Positions 39,538 through 48,326 of a DNA stretch of 64,000 nucleotides are shown here, one piece after another; the first letter of the stretch is position 1; every line of letters starts with the position of its first letter. Below the pieces are notes generated by a model. The model did no database searches, had not been told where the DNA came from, and saw only the letters and a program-made list of their open reading frames with translations. The stretch comes from Candidatus Thorarchaeota archaeon (GTDB taxonomy: Archaea; Asgardarchaeota; Thorarchaeia; Thorarchaeales; Thorarchaeaceae), in NCBI GenBank assembly GCA_016933575.1, contig JAFGAR010000151.1, positions 133,338 through 197,337 on the forward strand, given 5' to 3'. A program made the translations under genes and the position numbers.

Positions 39538-40992
39538 ATGGCGGAAGACCCTGACAAAGAATCATTTGAGCGTAAAGATACTAAGGGAGTTGTAGAAGGA
39601 CTCCTGTCAGAGCTTGGCGTGGATGACGAGATGCGTCAAGAGCTGATAGAATCAGGTCGTATGTCAAGTGATGTTGTCCGTGTTGAGTCATCAACGCAAG
39701 TTCGACGTCGGATGGAATTGGACGAAAGCACAGAACGTCTTCATGATAGTCTATCAATGCTCGAACGAAATATTATGACAGTCGATGGAATCATTGATCG
39801 AATTGAGAGAGACCTCGTTCCAGTTGTACTTTCTTTCTTAGTCAGCTTGAAAGGAAAGCTAGTCAGCATGAGAGGTGATATCATCACCAAGAGCAAACGT
39901 AGATCTAAGACAAATCTCCAGAGTATCTTTATCGATTCAGAAGTGCAACCAATTGTCGAGGATGAATTTGTTAAAGTGGAGGAATCATTGACATCAGGAA
40001 TGTCTACTCCTATCCTTGAGAAGATGCGTGATATTACTGAAGGCATGAAAGAGTCAATGAAGCTTACGATGCAGGAGTTATCTTCACTAAAGGGTGGAGT
40101 TGACGATTTTACACAGAGAGCTATGACTGAATTGGAATTTCTTTCAACTGAATTGGGAATGAAGCCCCGTGTAGAAATTCCCAAAGAAACTGAGGATCAA
40201 TTGAGGCGTCTTAATCTTCAGATTGAAGAGATCAACACCGATCTTGACCTAGAGCGGAAGAAGCTTCAGAACCGTGATGCTGAAAATCTTGAACTTAAGA
40301 AATCACTCGCGGAGCTGAAGGTCCGTAATGATGACTTGGAGGATACCTTAATGGGACTCCAATCAGCTCCGAAGGTAGATCTCGAAACATTATCAGAGCT
40401 GAGACAGACAGTCAAATCTCTCGAAACTTCGAATGAAGTCTTAGAAACCAAAATTAAGGAACTTGAGGCGGAGAACGAAGCATCTGAACTTAAAGGTTCA
40501 CAATATCTTAATCAAATCTCTCAAAAAGATATAGAGATTTCAGATTTGCACGCCAAAGTTCGGCACCTTGAAAGCGATGCAGGGATGTCTGGTACGCGCT
40601 TAGCTGAGATGGAAGAGTTGAGATCTCGCCTTCGATCTTTTGAGTCCGGAGATAAAGCCCGTGAGTTGGATCGTGTAAAGATAGAATTGGAACGGGTTTC
40701 AGGCAACTACGAGCGGATGACCAAAGACTTCGATGAAATGAAAAAGCAACTCGAGCACACTCAGGAAACCCTTGAAGGATATCTTAGTCTAATGGATAGC
40801 ACAGAGAAGACCAAGGCATTTCTTATGGTTGAAGAGCATGGAGAGATGTCCATAAAGGAAATCGCTCGCTCTCTAGGTGTTTCATTTCCAATTGTCATGA
40901 AATGGGCTGAGGAGTTTCAGACTCTTGGTATTGCTTGGGTAATTGATGGTTCAACCTTGGTACATAGAGATCACATGGCAAAGAAAGAATAG
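39538..40992 (+). CDS. Long coiled-coil protein with C-terminal winged-HTH
   Basis: Heptad E/K/L-rich region over about 200 aa; C-terminal MSIKEIARSLGVS..IV.KWAEEF..LG. Confidence 0.75.
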   Translation: MAEDPDKESFERKDTKGVVEGLLSELGVDDEMRQELIESGRMSSDVVRVESSTQVRRRMELDESTERLHDSLSMLERNIMTVDGIIDRIERDLVPVVLSFLVSLKGKLVSMRGDIITKSKRRSKTNLQSIFIDSEVQPIVEDEFVKVEESLTSGMSTPILEKMRDITEGMKESMKLTMQELSSLKGGVDDFTQRAMTELEFLSTELGMKPRVEIPKETEDQLRRLNLQIEEINTDLDLERKKLQNRDAENLELKKSLAELKVRNDDLEDTLMGLQSAPKVDLETLSELRQTVKSLETSNEVLETKIKELEAENEASELKGSQYLNQISQKDIEISDLHAKVRHLESDAGMSGTRLAEMEELRSRLRSFESGDKARELDRVKIELERVSGNYERMTKDFDEMKKQLEHTQETLEGYLSLMDSTEKTKAFLMVEEHGEMSIKEIARSLGVSFPIVMKWAEEFQTLGIAWVIDGSTLVHRDHMAKKE

Positions 40993-40996
40993 AAAC

Positions 40997-41443
40997 CTAT
41001 CTTAAACGACGGACTCTATTCAAGAACTGAATGACCTCGATTAGTCCATCAATCTTTAGAGCATTCATGTAGACTTTCTCAATATCCGTTTTAGTAAGGC
41101 TATCCTCATGCAAATACGTCTTGAATGCTGGTTTTACCATTGATTCAAGATATGTTGCACGTAAATCTTCTAACGCCTGTAGAAGACCCTTATCTAGTCT
41201 TTTTGATTCAAGTGCACTTTGTACATTGGAGAGAGAGCTTTGACAATCACTTTTCTTCGATAACCCAAGACCATCTTCACTCAATGCTTTTGTTACTAGT
41301 TTCATATATTCACTAGTAGCGCTGCTGTAATCGCTTACAGCAAGGAATTTGGTCTTTGAGCACTCATCAAGGAATGGTTTGCTACGCTCGGAAATTGAGT
41401 CAAATAGACCCCCGAGTCTCTCGAGTTCCCTTGGAGCTGGCAT
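40997..41443 (-). CDS. Hypothetical alpha-helical protein
   Basis: 148-aa ORF filling the gap, convergent with 39538. Confidence 0.65.
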   Translation of the reverse strand: MPAPRELERLGGLFDSISERSKPFLDECSKTKFLAVSDYSSATSEYMKLVTKALSEDGLGLSKKSDCQSSLSNVQSALESKRLDKGLLQALEDLRATYLESMVKPAFKTYLHEDSLTKTDIEKVYMNALKIDGLIEVIQFLNRVRRLR

Positions 41444-41554
41444 ATATCGGACCGTTTCTCATATTGTATACTTTCCTTTTAATAATGTCTGAAATCTAGT
41501 TAGTCTCTCATTGTGATACCACAAAAACGATAAGCTTCAAGGAGAATCTTTCTC

Positions 41555-42604
41555 ATGATGAGAGAGGCTACATTATACTCAAACCTAAAGCAAGGGATTA
41601 GATGCGATCTTTGTGCTAGACGATGTGTACTCCATGATGGTGAGACAGGTTTCTGTCGCGTGAGGGTAGTAAAAGATGGTAAGCTCTACACAAAGGTCTA
41701 TGGCTTAATTGATGGGATGGCTGCTGATCCTATTGAAAAGAAACCATTATTCCACTTTGCCCCTGGTAGTCATGCCTTTTCAATTAGTACATCTTCTTGC
41801 AATTTTCGCTGTCAGTTTTGTCTGAACTATCACTCTGCTCATAGAGAAGTTCCCGCAGGCGAGATGATAATGCCTGAAGAGATTGTTCACCTTGCTGAAC
41901 GACACAACTGCGCAGGGATCACATACACATACACAGAACCAACGGTCTTCATGGAATTAGCTCATGATACAGCAGAAATTGCTCATAATAAGGGTATGTT
42001 CAATACTTTCGTTACAAATGGTTATCTCACAAAAGAAGCAATTGATTATATTGCACCCTATCTAGATGCAGCCTCTGTGAATTTCAAGGGCAGTGGGAAT
42101 AAGAAATTCTACAACGACCTTATGTCAGTCCCAAAGGTGGAACCAATATTTACTGCGATGGATTATATGAACAAGAAAGGCATATTGATCGAAATTACGA
42201 ATCTTATTATTCCAGAGGTGGGGGATCATCCCGAAGATACCGAGTATTTAGCTAAATGGACCGTTGAACATCTTGGTCCCCGTACTGCTTTCCATGTCAC
42301 TGCTTTCTCACCAACCTACAAACTTACTCATATACCTCGGACTTCTGCCAAAATGCTTGAGAAACATATAGCCATCGCCAAAGAAGCTGGCTTAGAGTTC
42401 GTGTATTCAGGAAATATTCCCGGACATGATTATGAAAACACGTACTGTCCAGAGTGTGGCTATAAGGTAATAGAACGTCACTCTGTCTACCTAAAGAGCA
42501 ACAATCTTAATGAGCAAGGTCTCTGCCCCCAATGTAATGCGAACTTGAATATCTCTGGTATTCAATGGATGGTCCGTGGCAAAGGTCAATTAGGTCGTTT
42601 CTGA
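41555..42604 (+). CDS. AmmeMemoRadiSam-type (PFL-activase-like) radical SAM enzyme
   Basis: CDLCARRC...G..GFC.VR, DPIEKKPLFHF.PG, CNFRCQFC, YTYTEPT, VTNGY and ENTYCPECG motifs. Confidence 0.9.
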   Translation: MMREATLYSNLKQGIRCDLCARRCVLHDGETGFCRVRVVKDGKLYTKVYGLIDGMAADPIEKKPLFHFAPGSHAFSISTSSCNFRCQFCLNYHSAHREVPAGEMIMPEEIVHLAERHNCAGITYTYTEPTVFMELAHDTAEIAHNKGMFNTFVTNGYLTKEAIDYIAPYLDAASVNFKGSGNKKFYNDLMSVPKVEPIFTAMDYMNKKGILIEITNLIIPEVGDHPEDTEYLAKWTVEHLGPRTAFHVTAFSPTYKLTHIPRTSAKMLEKHIAIAKEAGLEFVYSGNIPGHDYENTYCPECGYKVIERHSVYLKSNNLNEQGLCPQCNANLNISGIQWMVRGKGQLGRF

Positions 42605-42614
42605 GGTCAATAAT

Positions 42615-43508
42615 GTGCATATTGCTGATGTCACTTGGAGAGAGAAAGAGAATGGTACATTTGAATCTGGATTGACCGTATGGATTCAGTCCGATGAAGA
42701 ACCTGCTTTTCTCCCATTACTTCCCGGTAGGAAAATCTCTTGGGAAATACGTGGTCCAAAGAGATGCATAGGAAATATCAACACTACGGGACATTTGATT
42801 CGATGCCCTGAGAATTCAATCATTTTAGATTCTGGACAGAAGTGCGGACCTTGTCAGGCTGTGGATTTTGCAGATCCGTGTATCAGATGCGATGGTCGAA
42901 GATGTGATGCTATCGAGGCACGAAGACTACAATGCGATGTCACAGACTATGTTGTCTATGGGGTTATATTTAATGATAGAACTCTGAAAGTCGGTGTTTC
43001 ATCCAAAAGAAGAGCTCTCACCAGATGGGTTGAACAAGGTGCTGACTTTGCAAGTATATTACGAGAGATCTCTGGGGGACGAACTGCTCGGAGAGTGGAG
43101 GATCGAATAGGAAGACAGCAGGGCGTTACAAAACAAGTGCGCAGTGAAAGAAAGATACGAGCCCTGCGAGATAAACTCAAAATTGAGGACGTTAATTCAA
43201 TTCTAACAGAATTTGCAAATCATACAAGCCATTTAGATATATCATCTGATCCTCAAATCTTCGATTTATCTGATTACTATAGCCTAAAAGATCTGGACAC
43301 ACAACCTAAACCTTGGAGAAAAAGATCTGAACCCATTGATGGAAAAACAATCATTGGCGAGATTGTAGGTATGAAGGGTTCTCTATTAGTGACAAGGATT
43401 GACTCCTCGTTTTTAGTTGTTGATCTTAGACAGATCATAGGTTTCACGATTGATATGGAGTCTGATATTACCATGGTAACACAAACGGGGATCATGGACT
43501 TCTTCTGA
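42615..43508 (+). CDS. DUF2797-like Cys-rich protein with C-terminal PIP box
   Basis: C.G...CP...C..C, KVG+S......RW+EQGA and G.++G.KG motifs; ends QTGIMDFF. Confidence 0.75.
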   Translation: MHIADVTWREKENGTFESGLTVWIQSDEEPAFLPLLPGRKISWEIRGPKRCIGNINTTGHLIRCPENSIILDSGQKCGPCQAVDFADPCIRCDGRRCDAIEARRLQCDVTDYVVYGVIFNDRTLKVGVSSKRRALTRWVEQGADFASILREISGGRTARRVEDRIGRQQGVTKQVRSERKIRALRDKLKIEDVNSILTEFANHTSHLDISSDPQIFDLSDYYSLKDLDTQPKPWRKRSEPIDGKTIIGEIVGMKGSLLVTRIDSSFLVVDLRQIIGFTIDMESDITMVTQTGIMDFF

Positions 43509-43544
43509 GAGCTTATTTAAGGAGTCAATGCTTCACAAAGTACA

Positions 43545-44420
43545 ATGACTAACAACGAAGAAACAAAAGCACTGGTCAGATATCTCTCTCTTGTTAGAAA
43601 AGAAGGTGGCGAACCCGTAATTGGTATCCCCTATCGTGAGATGTCTGTTGATCCAGATCTTGTGGCAAGTTTCGTTTTGGCAGTCATAATCTTCGAGAAT
43701 CGTCAATTGAAGACATTCACGAAGGAAGGTTATGTTGTGGTAATTGAAGAGGGAGAACATGTTGTAGGCCTATTAATTATTGATCGAGTCGCTGATGATA
43801 CTCCATATCGAAATTCTTTGATATCAATAATTAAGAAATTCGAGGAAACTTATGAGAATCAACTACTCAGCTGGAAAGGAGACATACGCCCTTTCCGTGA
43901 ATATGCTTTAGACATCCTGCAAGTATTTCCTTATCGAACATTTAGCTTAGAGATGATTCCAAAAATTGTGTCAAAGTCCGATGCTACACCAGACCTTCAG
44001 GCAAATATCCCCTGGAGTGTCGGTGAAACTGATAGGAAGATTCAGAATATTGTTGGATATATCAATGGAAAACGAACTATTGAAGAGATCATGAACCAAT
44101 CCGATCTTGAGGATTCTGAGATACTAGCTATATTATCAATGCTTGATAAATACAAATGGATTTCACTCACTAGGAAACTTGATGATAAATCAATATTGTT
44201 TAAATTGATGGAACCTCCAAGACTTCTTGTTGGAGCGTATGGGGAACAACTGACAAGTATAGTAGAACTGTGTGATGGGACAAAAAGTCTAGCAGAAATA
44301 TGCGAATCTCTCCCCTATAATATGGAAGCTGTAAAGTTGGTGGCAAAGAATCTGATAGACGCAGGGGTTCTTGGTTATCGGGAAATAGATTCTGAATCTG
44401 ATGAAGGCGAGGTGGGCTAG
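43545..44420 (+). CDS. Longin domain plus two wHTH domains (NPRL2-like), copy 1
   Basis: Asgard-type longin (DPDLVASF..A...F; F...Y...L..W.GD...F) followed by YINGKRTIEEI and CDGTKSLAEI wHTH repeats. Confidence 0.7.
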   Translation: MTNNEETKALVRYLSLVRKEGGEPVIGIPYREMSVDPDLVASFVLAVIIFENRQLKTFTKEGYVVVIEEGEHVVGLLIIDRVADDTPYRNSLISIIKKFEETYENQLLSWKGDIRPFREYALDILQVFPYRTFSLEMIPKIVSKSDATPDLQANIPWSVGETDRKIQNIVGYINGKRTIEEIMNQSDLEDSEILAILSMLDKYKWISLTRKLDDKSILFKLMEPPRLLVGAYGEQLTSIVELCDGTKSLAEICESLPYNMEAVKLVAKNLIDAGVLGYREIDSESDEGEVG

Positions 44421-44422
44421 TA

Positions 44423-45250
44423 ATGACACTTGATTTCTCAAAGGTCCGTTACATCTCACTGATTCGAATGGAAGGTGGTGAGTCTGTTCTCAATATACCC
44501 TATGCAGAACTCACTGTGGACCCAGATCTTATCGCAGGTTTCGTGACAGCTGTAATTATCTTTGCTAAAACACCGATACGGACCATTCGCAAGGCTGCTT
44601 ATGATATTCTCATTGAGGTTGGTAGAAGTGTTCTGGTACTTCTCGTTGTTGACCCGGTTCCTGATGAAACTCCCTATAGAGAGAAGCTACAGAGGATTTT
44701 AGATGAAGTCGAATCACAACATGGAGAGAAACTTAGGCATTTTGAGGGCGATGTGAGACGATTTCGAGAATTCGCACTTACAGTTGTACGAGAATTTCCG
44801 TTTCAATCTGCTGACCTTAATATGGTTCCCGTCAAAAGAATGGATGGTATTCGTATTCCATTTCGGGTCGGTGCAGTGGATCGTGAGTTAGAACAAGTTG
44901 AGTCCTTCATTAATGGAAAACGAACAATTGCTGAGATTATGGATTTAATGGGTCTTTCTGATGATGATGTATTGGCACTTATTTCAATATTAGCAAGGTA
45001 TCGTTGGATTGAATTCAAACGTCGTCTGACGGAGAATGACATTTTGCGACGTATTGGTTGCCAGAATATCATTCTTGATCGTCTCAGGTCACAATATGGC
45101 AAAGCCTTAGAAGACCTGATGGCCAAATTTGATGGAAATGCAAAAATCGTTGATGTAACACACTCATTGCCTTATGATAAGGATGCACTATGGTTTCTAA
45201 TCAACAAACTTGTTGAAGTAGGATGTCTCTCAGTTGTTCATCCGACTTAG
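44423..45250 (+). CDS. Longin domain plus two wHTH domains (NPRL2-like), copy 2
   Basis: Paralogue of the preceding gene (DPDLIAGF, FINGKRTIAEI, FDGNAKIVDV); 2-bp gap. Confidence 0.7.
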   Translation: MTLDFSKVRYISLIRMEGGESVLNIPYAELTVDPDLIAGFVTAVIIFAKTPIRTIRKAAYDILIEVGRSVLVLLVVDPVPDETPYREKLQRILDEVESQHGEKLRHFEGDVRRFREFALTVVREFPFQSADLNMVPVKRMDGIRIPFRVGAVDRELEQVESFINGKRTIAEIMDLMGLSDDDVLALISILARYRWIEFKRRLTENDILRRIGCQNIILDRLRSQYGKALEDLMAKFDGNAKIVDVTHSLPYDKDALWFLINKLVEVGCLSVVHPT

Positions 45251-46077
45251 AGAATCCGATCATTTCCTGGAATACCAACGACATCACTCCTGCATTGTTT
45301 GCAATGTGTGAATTGTTGGACATATTTAGCGGCAGTCTGACGAGCCAGCATTATTTCTTCTGTAGAAGGTGGTTTCAGATGTTTTGCATTACTAAAGGGC
45401 ACGAGGGGAACTATGTTTTGTAGTTGTACTCCCTCCCCAGCAATTCTTCTAGCAAGCAATATTATATCCTGATTATTTATCTCTGGGATGAGGATGCTAT
45501 TCACTTTCACTGTTATGGATGAATCAATTGCGGCCCGTATCCCTTGTAGCTGCCTCTCAACTATCTCTCTACCCATGGATAGACCTTTTTGAATTACGTT
45601 ATCGATTCTTGCCCATTCATATAATTTCATTGCTATATTGGGACTGATTGCACTCATAGTCACAGAGATGGTTGAAATTCCAAGCTCCACAAGTGCTTCT
45701 ATTGATTCACTCAACAACACGCCATTAGTACTTAGACAGAACCTGAAGTCATATCCAAGTTCAACTATCCCTTGCAGAGTTTCAAAGGTTTCTCTATTAG
45801 CCAAGGGTTCTCCTGGTCCTGATATGGCAGCGATTTTCAAACAAGGATTTTTCTCCTTCTCTAAACGAATTCTTCTAATCGCTTGAGATGGTTCCATTAC
45901 ATACGAGGAATATCCTGGTTTTGATGTATGACATGACGAACCATGACGGTGATCACAGAAGATGCACTTGACATTGCAATCCCTAGCGACTGGGAGGTGT
46001 ATCCGAGACCATAGATTATCTCGTGTCATCGAAAAACAGGGATGATGTGTAAATGGATATTGCTCTTGCGCTGTCAT
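45247..46077 (-). CDS. NifB-like radical SAM protein (stand-alone SAM domain)
   Basis: HPCF, RIHLPVA..CNVKCIFC, GPGEPLAN, CLSTNG and CKQCRSDVVG motifs. Confidence 0.8.
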   Translation of the reverse strand: MTAQEQYPFTHHPCFSMTRDNLWSRIHLPVARDCNVKCIFCDHRHGSSCHTSKPGYSSYVMEPSQAIRRIRLEKEKNPCLKIAAISGPGEPLANRETFETLQGIVELGYDFRFCLSTNGVLLSESIEALVELGISTISVTMSAISPNIAMKLYEWARIDNVIQKGLSMGREIVERQLQGIRAAIDSSITVKVNSILIPEINNQDIILLARRIAGEGVQLQNIVPLVPFSNAKHLKPPSTEEIMLARQTAAKYVQQFTHCKQCRSDVVGIPGNDRIL

Positions 46078-46083
46078 CGTAGA

Positions 46084-46476
46084 TCAAACATTCTGATGCA
46101 GTATCTTCCTGGCATCTCTTGCTGTACGTTTTGCGTCTGAGAAAATCAGTCCCAATGCAGCGTTTTCAGGAGCGGTTACTGTCAATATGTAATCTGGTGA
46201 TATTGAAATAACAAGGGTTGTTCCAAAATCCCCCTGAATTATGATTGATTTCAGATCTCCCTGTCTTAGCTCCTTTACAGTTTGTTCTCCTGCTGCATGT
46301 ATTCCTGCCACCATAGCAGCAACTGTGACCTCCTCAGTCCCTGCATGGAAGTGACTGACAAGAGGAAGTCCTTCTACTGAGAAGATGGCGGCGCCTAAGA
46401 TTGGCGATTTATTTGATAGCTCTTTGAGCACTGCTCCCAGACTATCTCGAATTTTCATTGCATTTGGATCTGCCAA
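46084..46476 (-). CDS. Roadblock/LC7 (MglB/LAMTOR-like) protein
   Basis: I.GAAIFS.EGLPL.S, VAAM.A, +.EL..G.L..+IIQG..G and LGLI motifs. Confidence 0.88.
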   Translation of the reverse strand: MADPNAMKIRDSLGAVLKELSNKSPILGAAIFSVEGLPLVSHFHAGTEEVTVAAMVAGIHAAGEQTVKELRQGDLKSIIIQGDFGTTLVISISPDYILTVTAPENAALGLIFSDAKRTARDARKILHQNV

Positions 46477-46574
46477 TTATAACGCCTCGAATATTATCTC
46501 TCAATTATTTCCTGATAAGTCCTCACATTGCTAAGCTACAAATAAAGCTAATGAGGATAGGTAATTGTAGCAAT

Positions 46575-47609
46575 TTAACCAATCAAACGGACTGAAGTCA
46601 CAGTATCACTGTGTAGGGTCGAGGTTGGCAGTTTCATTACCTTGAGAACATTCTCTGCTTTGTCACCCAAATCAGCTTCTTTCAACATGTCGACAAACTC
46701 AAAACCTGTCGTTATAATCAGTCCTTTTACAGGTCGCCCATTTCTCATTGATTCAAGCAATTCATCAACTGTGTATAACCTGCATTTGAGGTCAAGGTCT
46801 TTCTGTTTTTCCAAATGGCTGATTCCTTTCTTAGCAATCCCTCTATTCTCGCGTTGTTCACTAGTATACGCTCTTCTTCTATACATTGACTTTAGTCTTG
46901 TGAGTCCCCTCTCAATAAGCTCTTGTGCATTAAGATTCCTTCCATATATTGATTCAACGCTTTTCATAGTGGTAGTCACTAGCCAAGCTGTTCCATATGC
47001 AGATTGATAACGCATTGCTTTGAGAAGTTCTGATTCACTTAATAGAGTGAGTGACCGATATCCTTTGTACTCTATTGAAATTGTCCAATCCGGAGATTCA
47101 TGATGGACCATGAGATCTGGAGTGAGTCCTTCTCCAGTCGAAGGGACAGACGTTGTCACATCTGGGAAGAGATGCATAATCAGTGCAAGGAATGCTTCGT
47201 GAAACATATTATGTCTGAGATTTCTTGCTTCCTGAGGATGCCTCATTCCAGCATCTCTGTAGAGCACAGGCATCTCGACTTTTTGTCCTGTTTTGCTTCT
47301 AACATCTGATTTGGTTGTAAGGCGGCCTCTGGAATGATTCAGCTTGACTAATCTTATTGCTGCTTCATAACCCATGAGATCGAACGCAACAGCTCCGATG
47401 TTCGTTTTCTTTGTACCTGAATCCTCGGAGGCTCTGCGTTTTGCTTCGTCTTGAGCCCAATCCGCAACATCTTGAGCATCATCGCCAAGAAGATTAAAGA
47501 TTGATCGAAGTTTTTCGTTCAGGTTGTATCTCTTCACATGATTCCTTATTTCAATATTTAATTTCACTTGCTTTGCCAATACTTCTCTCTCACGTATTAT
47601 TGTGGACAA
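46575..47609 (-). CDS. Hypothetical protein with PD-(D/E)XK nuclease motif
   Basis: FHE...; TPDLMV.......SIEYKGY; start abuts the upstream stop. Confidence 0.65.
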   Translation of the reverse strand: MSTIIREREVLAKQVKLNIEIRNHVKRYNLNEKLRSIFNLLGDDAQDVADWAQDEAKRRASEDSGTKKTNIGAVAFDLMGYEAAIRLVKLNHSRGRLTTKSDVRSKTGQKVEMPVLYRDAGMRHPQEARNLRHNMFHEAFLALIMHLFPDVTTSVPSTGEGLTPDLMVHHESPDWTISIEYKGYRSLTLLSESELLKAMRYQSAYGTAWLVTTTMKSVESIYGRNLNAQELIERGLTRLKSMYRRRAYTSEQRENRGIAKKGISHLEKQKDLDLKCRLYTVDELLESMRNGRPVKGLIITTGFEFVDMLKEADLGDKAENVLKVMKLPTSTLHSDTVTSVRLIG

Positions 47610-48287
47610 TTACCCTCTTCTAAGTATGTCCTTTGTAAGTGTTACTTCATCACTATCCTCGTCCACTTTTACGAGTTCTGCATTTGCAAGGTCGTATACT
47701 GCCTTCCTTACAACTGCTGGCATGATTCCACTACCTGAAGCAATATTCTTACGAGTTATGGCTGTCTTGACATCGTGCAGAGTATAGAGGATTCTTGCAT
47801 GAGGTTTGCCGTAGAAGACTGTTTCAATCAAAGTAATATAGATTGCAAGCAAATCGCTTAGGTCTACCTTCTCCTGCAATGCTTCTTTTTCAGCGGATGC
47901 TTCTCTATAGAGTTCAGATACTCTCTGTAGCTGTTCATTAATCTCATCTAGCTCTCGTTTGAAATCATCACGTTCCTTTCGAATAGCATCAATCTCTTCA
48001 CTCTTTGAAGCACTAGCATCTTCGAGTTGCTTCTTTAGGGTCTTATTCTCATTAGATAATGTATCTAACTTACTCTCTGCTTTTTCCTTGTCACTTGCTA
48101 CCTTCTCAAGTTCGCTTTCAAGTCTCTTTAGTTTCTCTTCAGCGGCCCATGCCTTTTCTTCAGATTCTCGTTTTCCTGCTCTGAGTTCCTCACCTTCACT
48201 CTGGAATTTATCACTTTCATCAAGTAGAGTTACAATGGTGCTCTTGAACTCGTCAAGTAATTCTAACAGTTTCTCCCTATCGGTCAT
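47610..48287 (-). CDS. Coiled-coil protein with C-terminal winged-HTH
   Basis: About 140-aa heptad region, then ARILYTL.....ITRKNIA..SGI.PAVVRKAVYDLA.AELV; GAGGAG RBS before ATG 48287. Confidence 0.75.
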   Translation of the reverse strand: MTDREKLLELLDEFKSTIVTLLDESDKFQSEGEELRAGKRESEEKAWAAEEKLKRLESELEKVASDKEKAESKLDTLSNENKTLKKQLEDASASKSEEIDAIRKERDDFKRELDEINEQLQRVSELYREASAEKEALQEKVDLSDLLAIYITLIETVFYGKPHARILYTLHDVKTAITRKNIASGSGIMPAVVRKAVYDLANAELVKVDEDSDEVTLTKDILRRG

Positions 48288-48326
48288 GATAGTGACACTC
48301 CTCACTTTTTGTCAGCACTCCGAGCT

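Noticed and set aside
45247-46077. Evidence for nitrogen fixation
   Set aside because: Several NifB fingerprint motifs deviate and no nifH/D/K/E/N is in the window.
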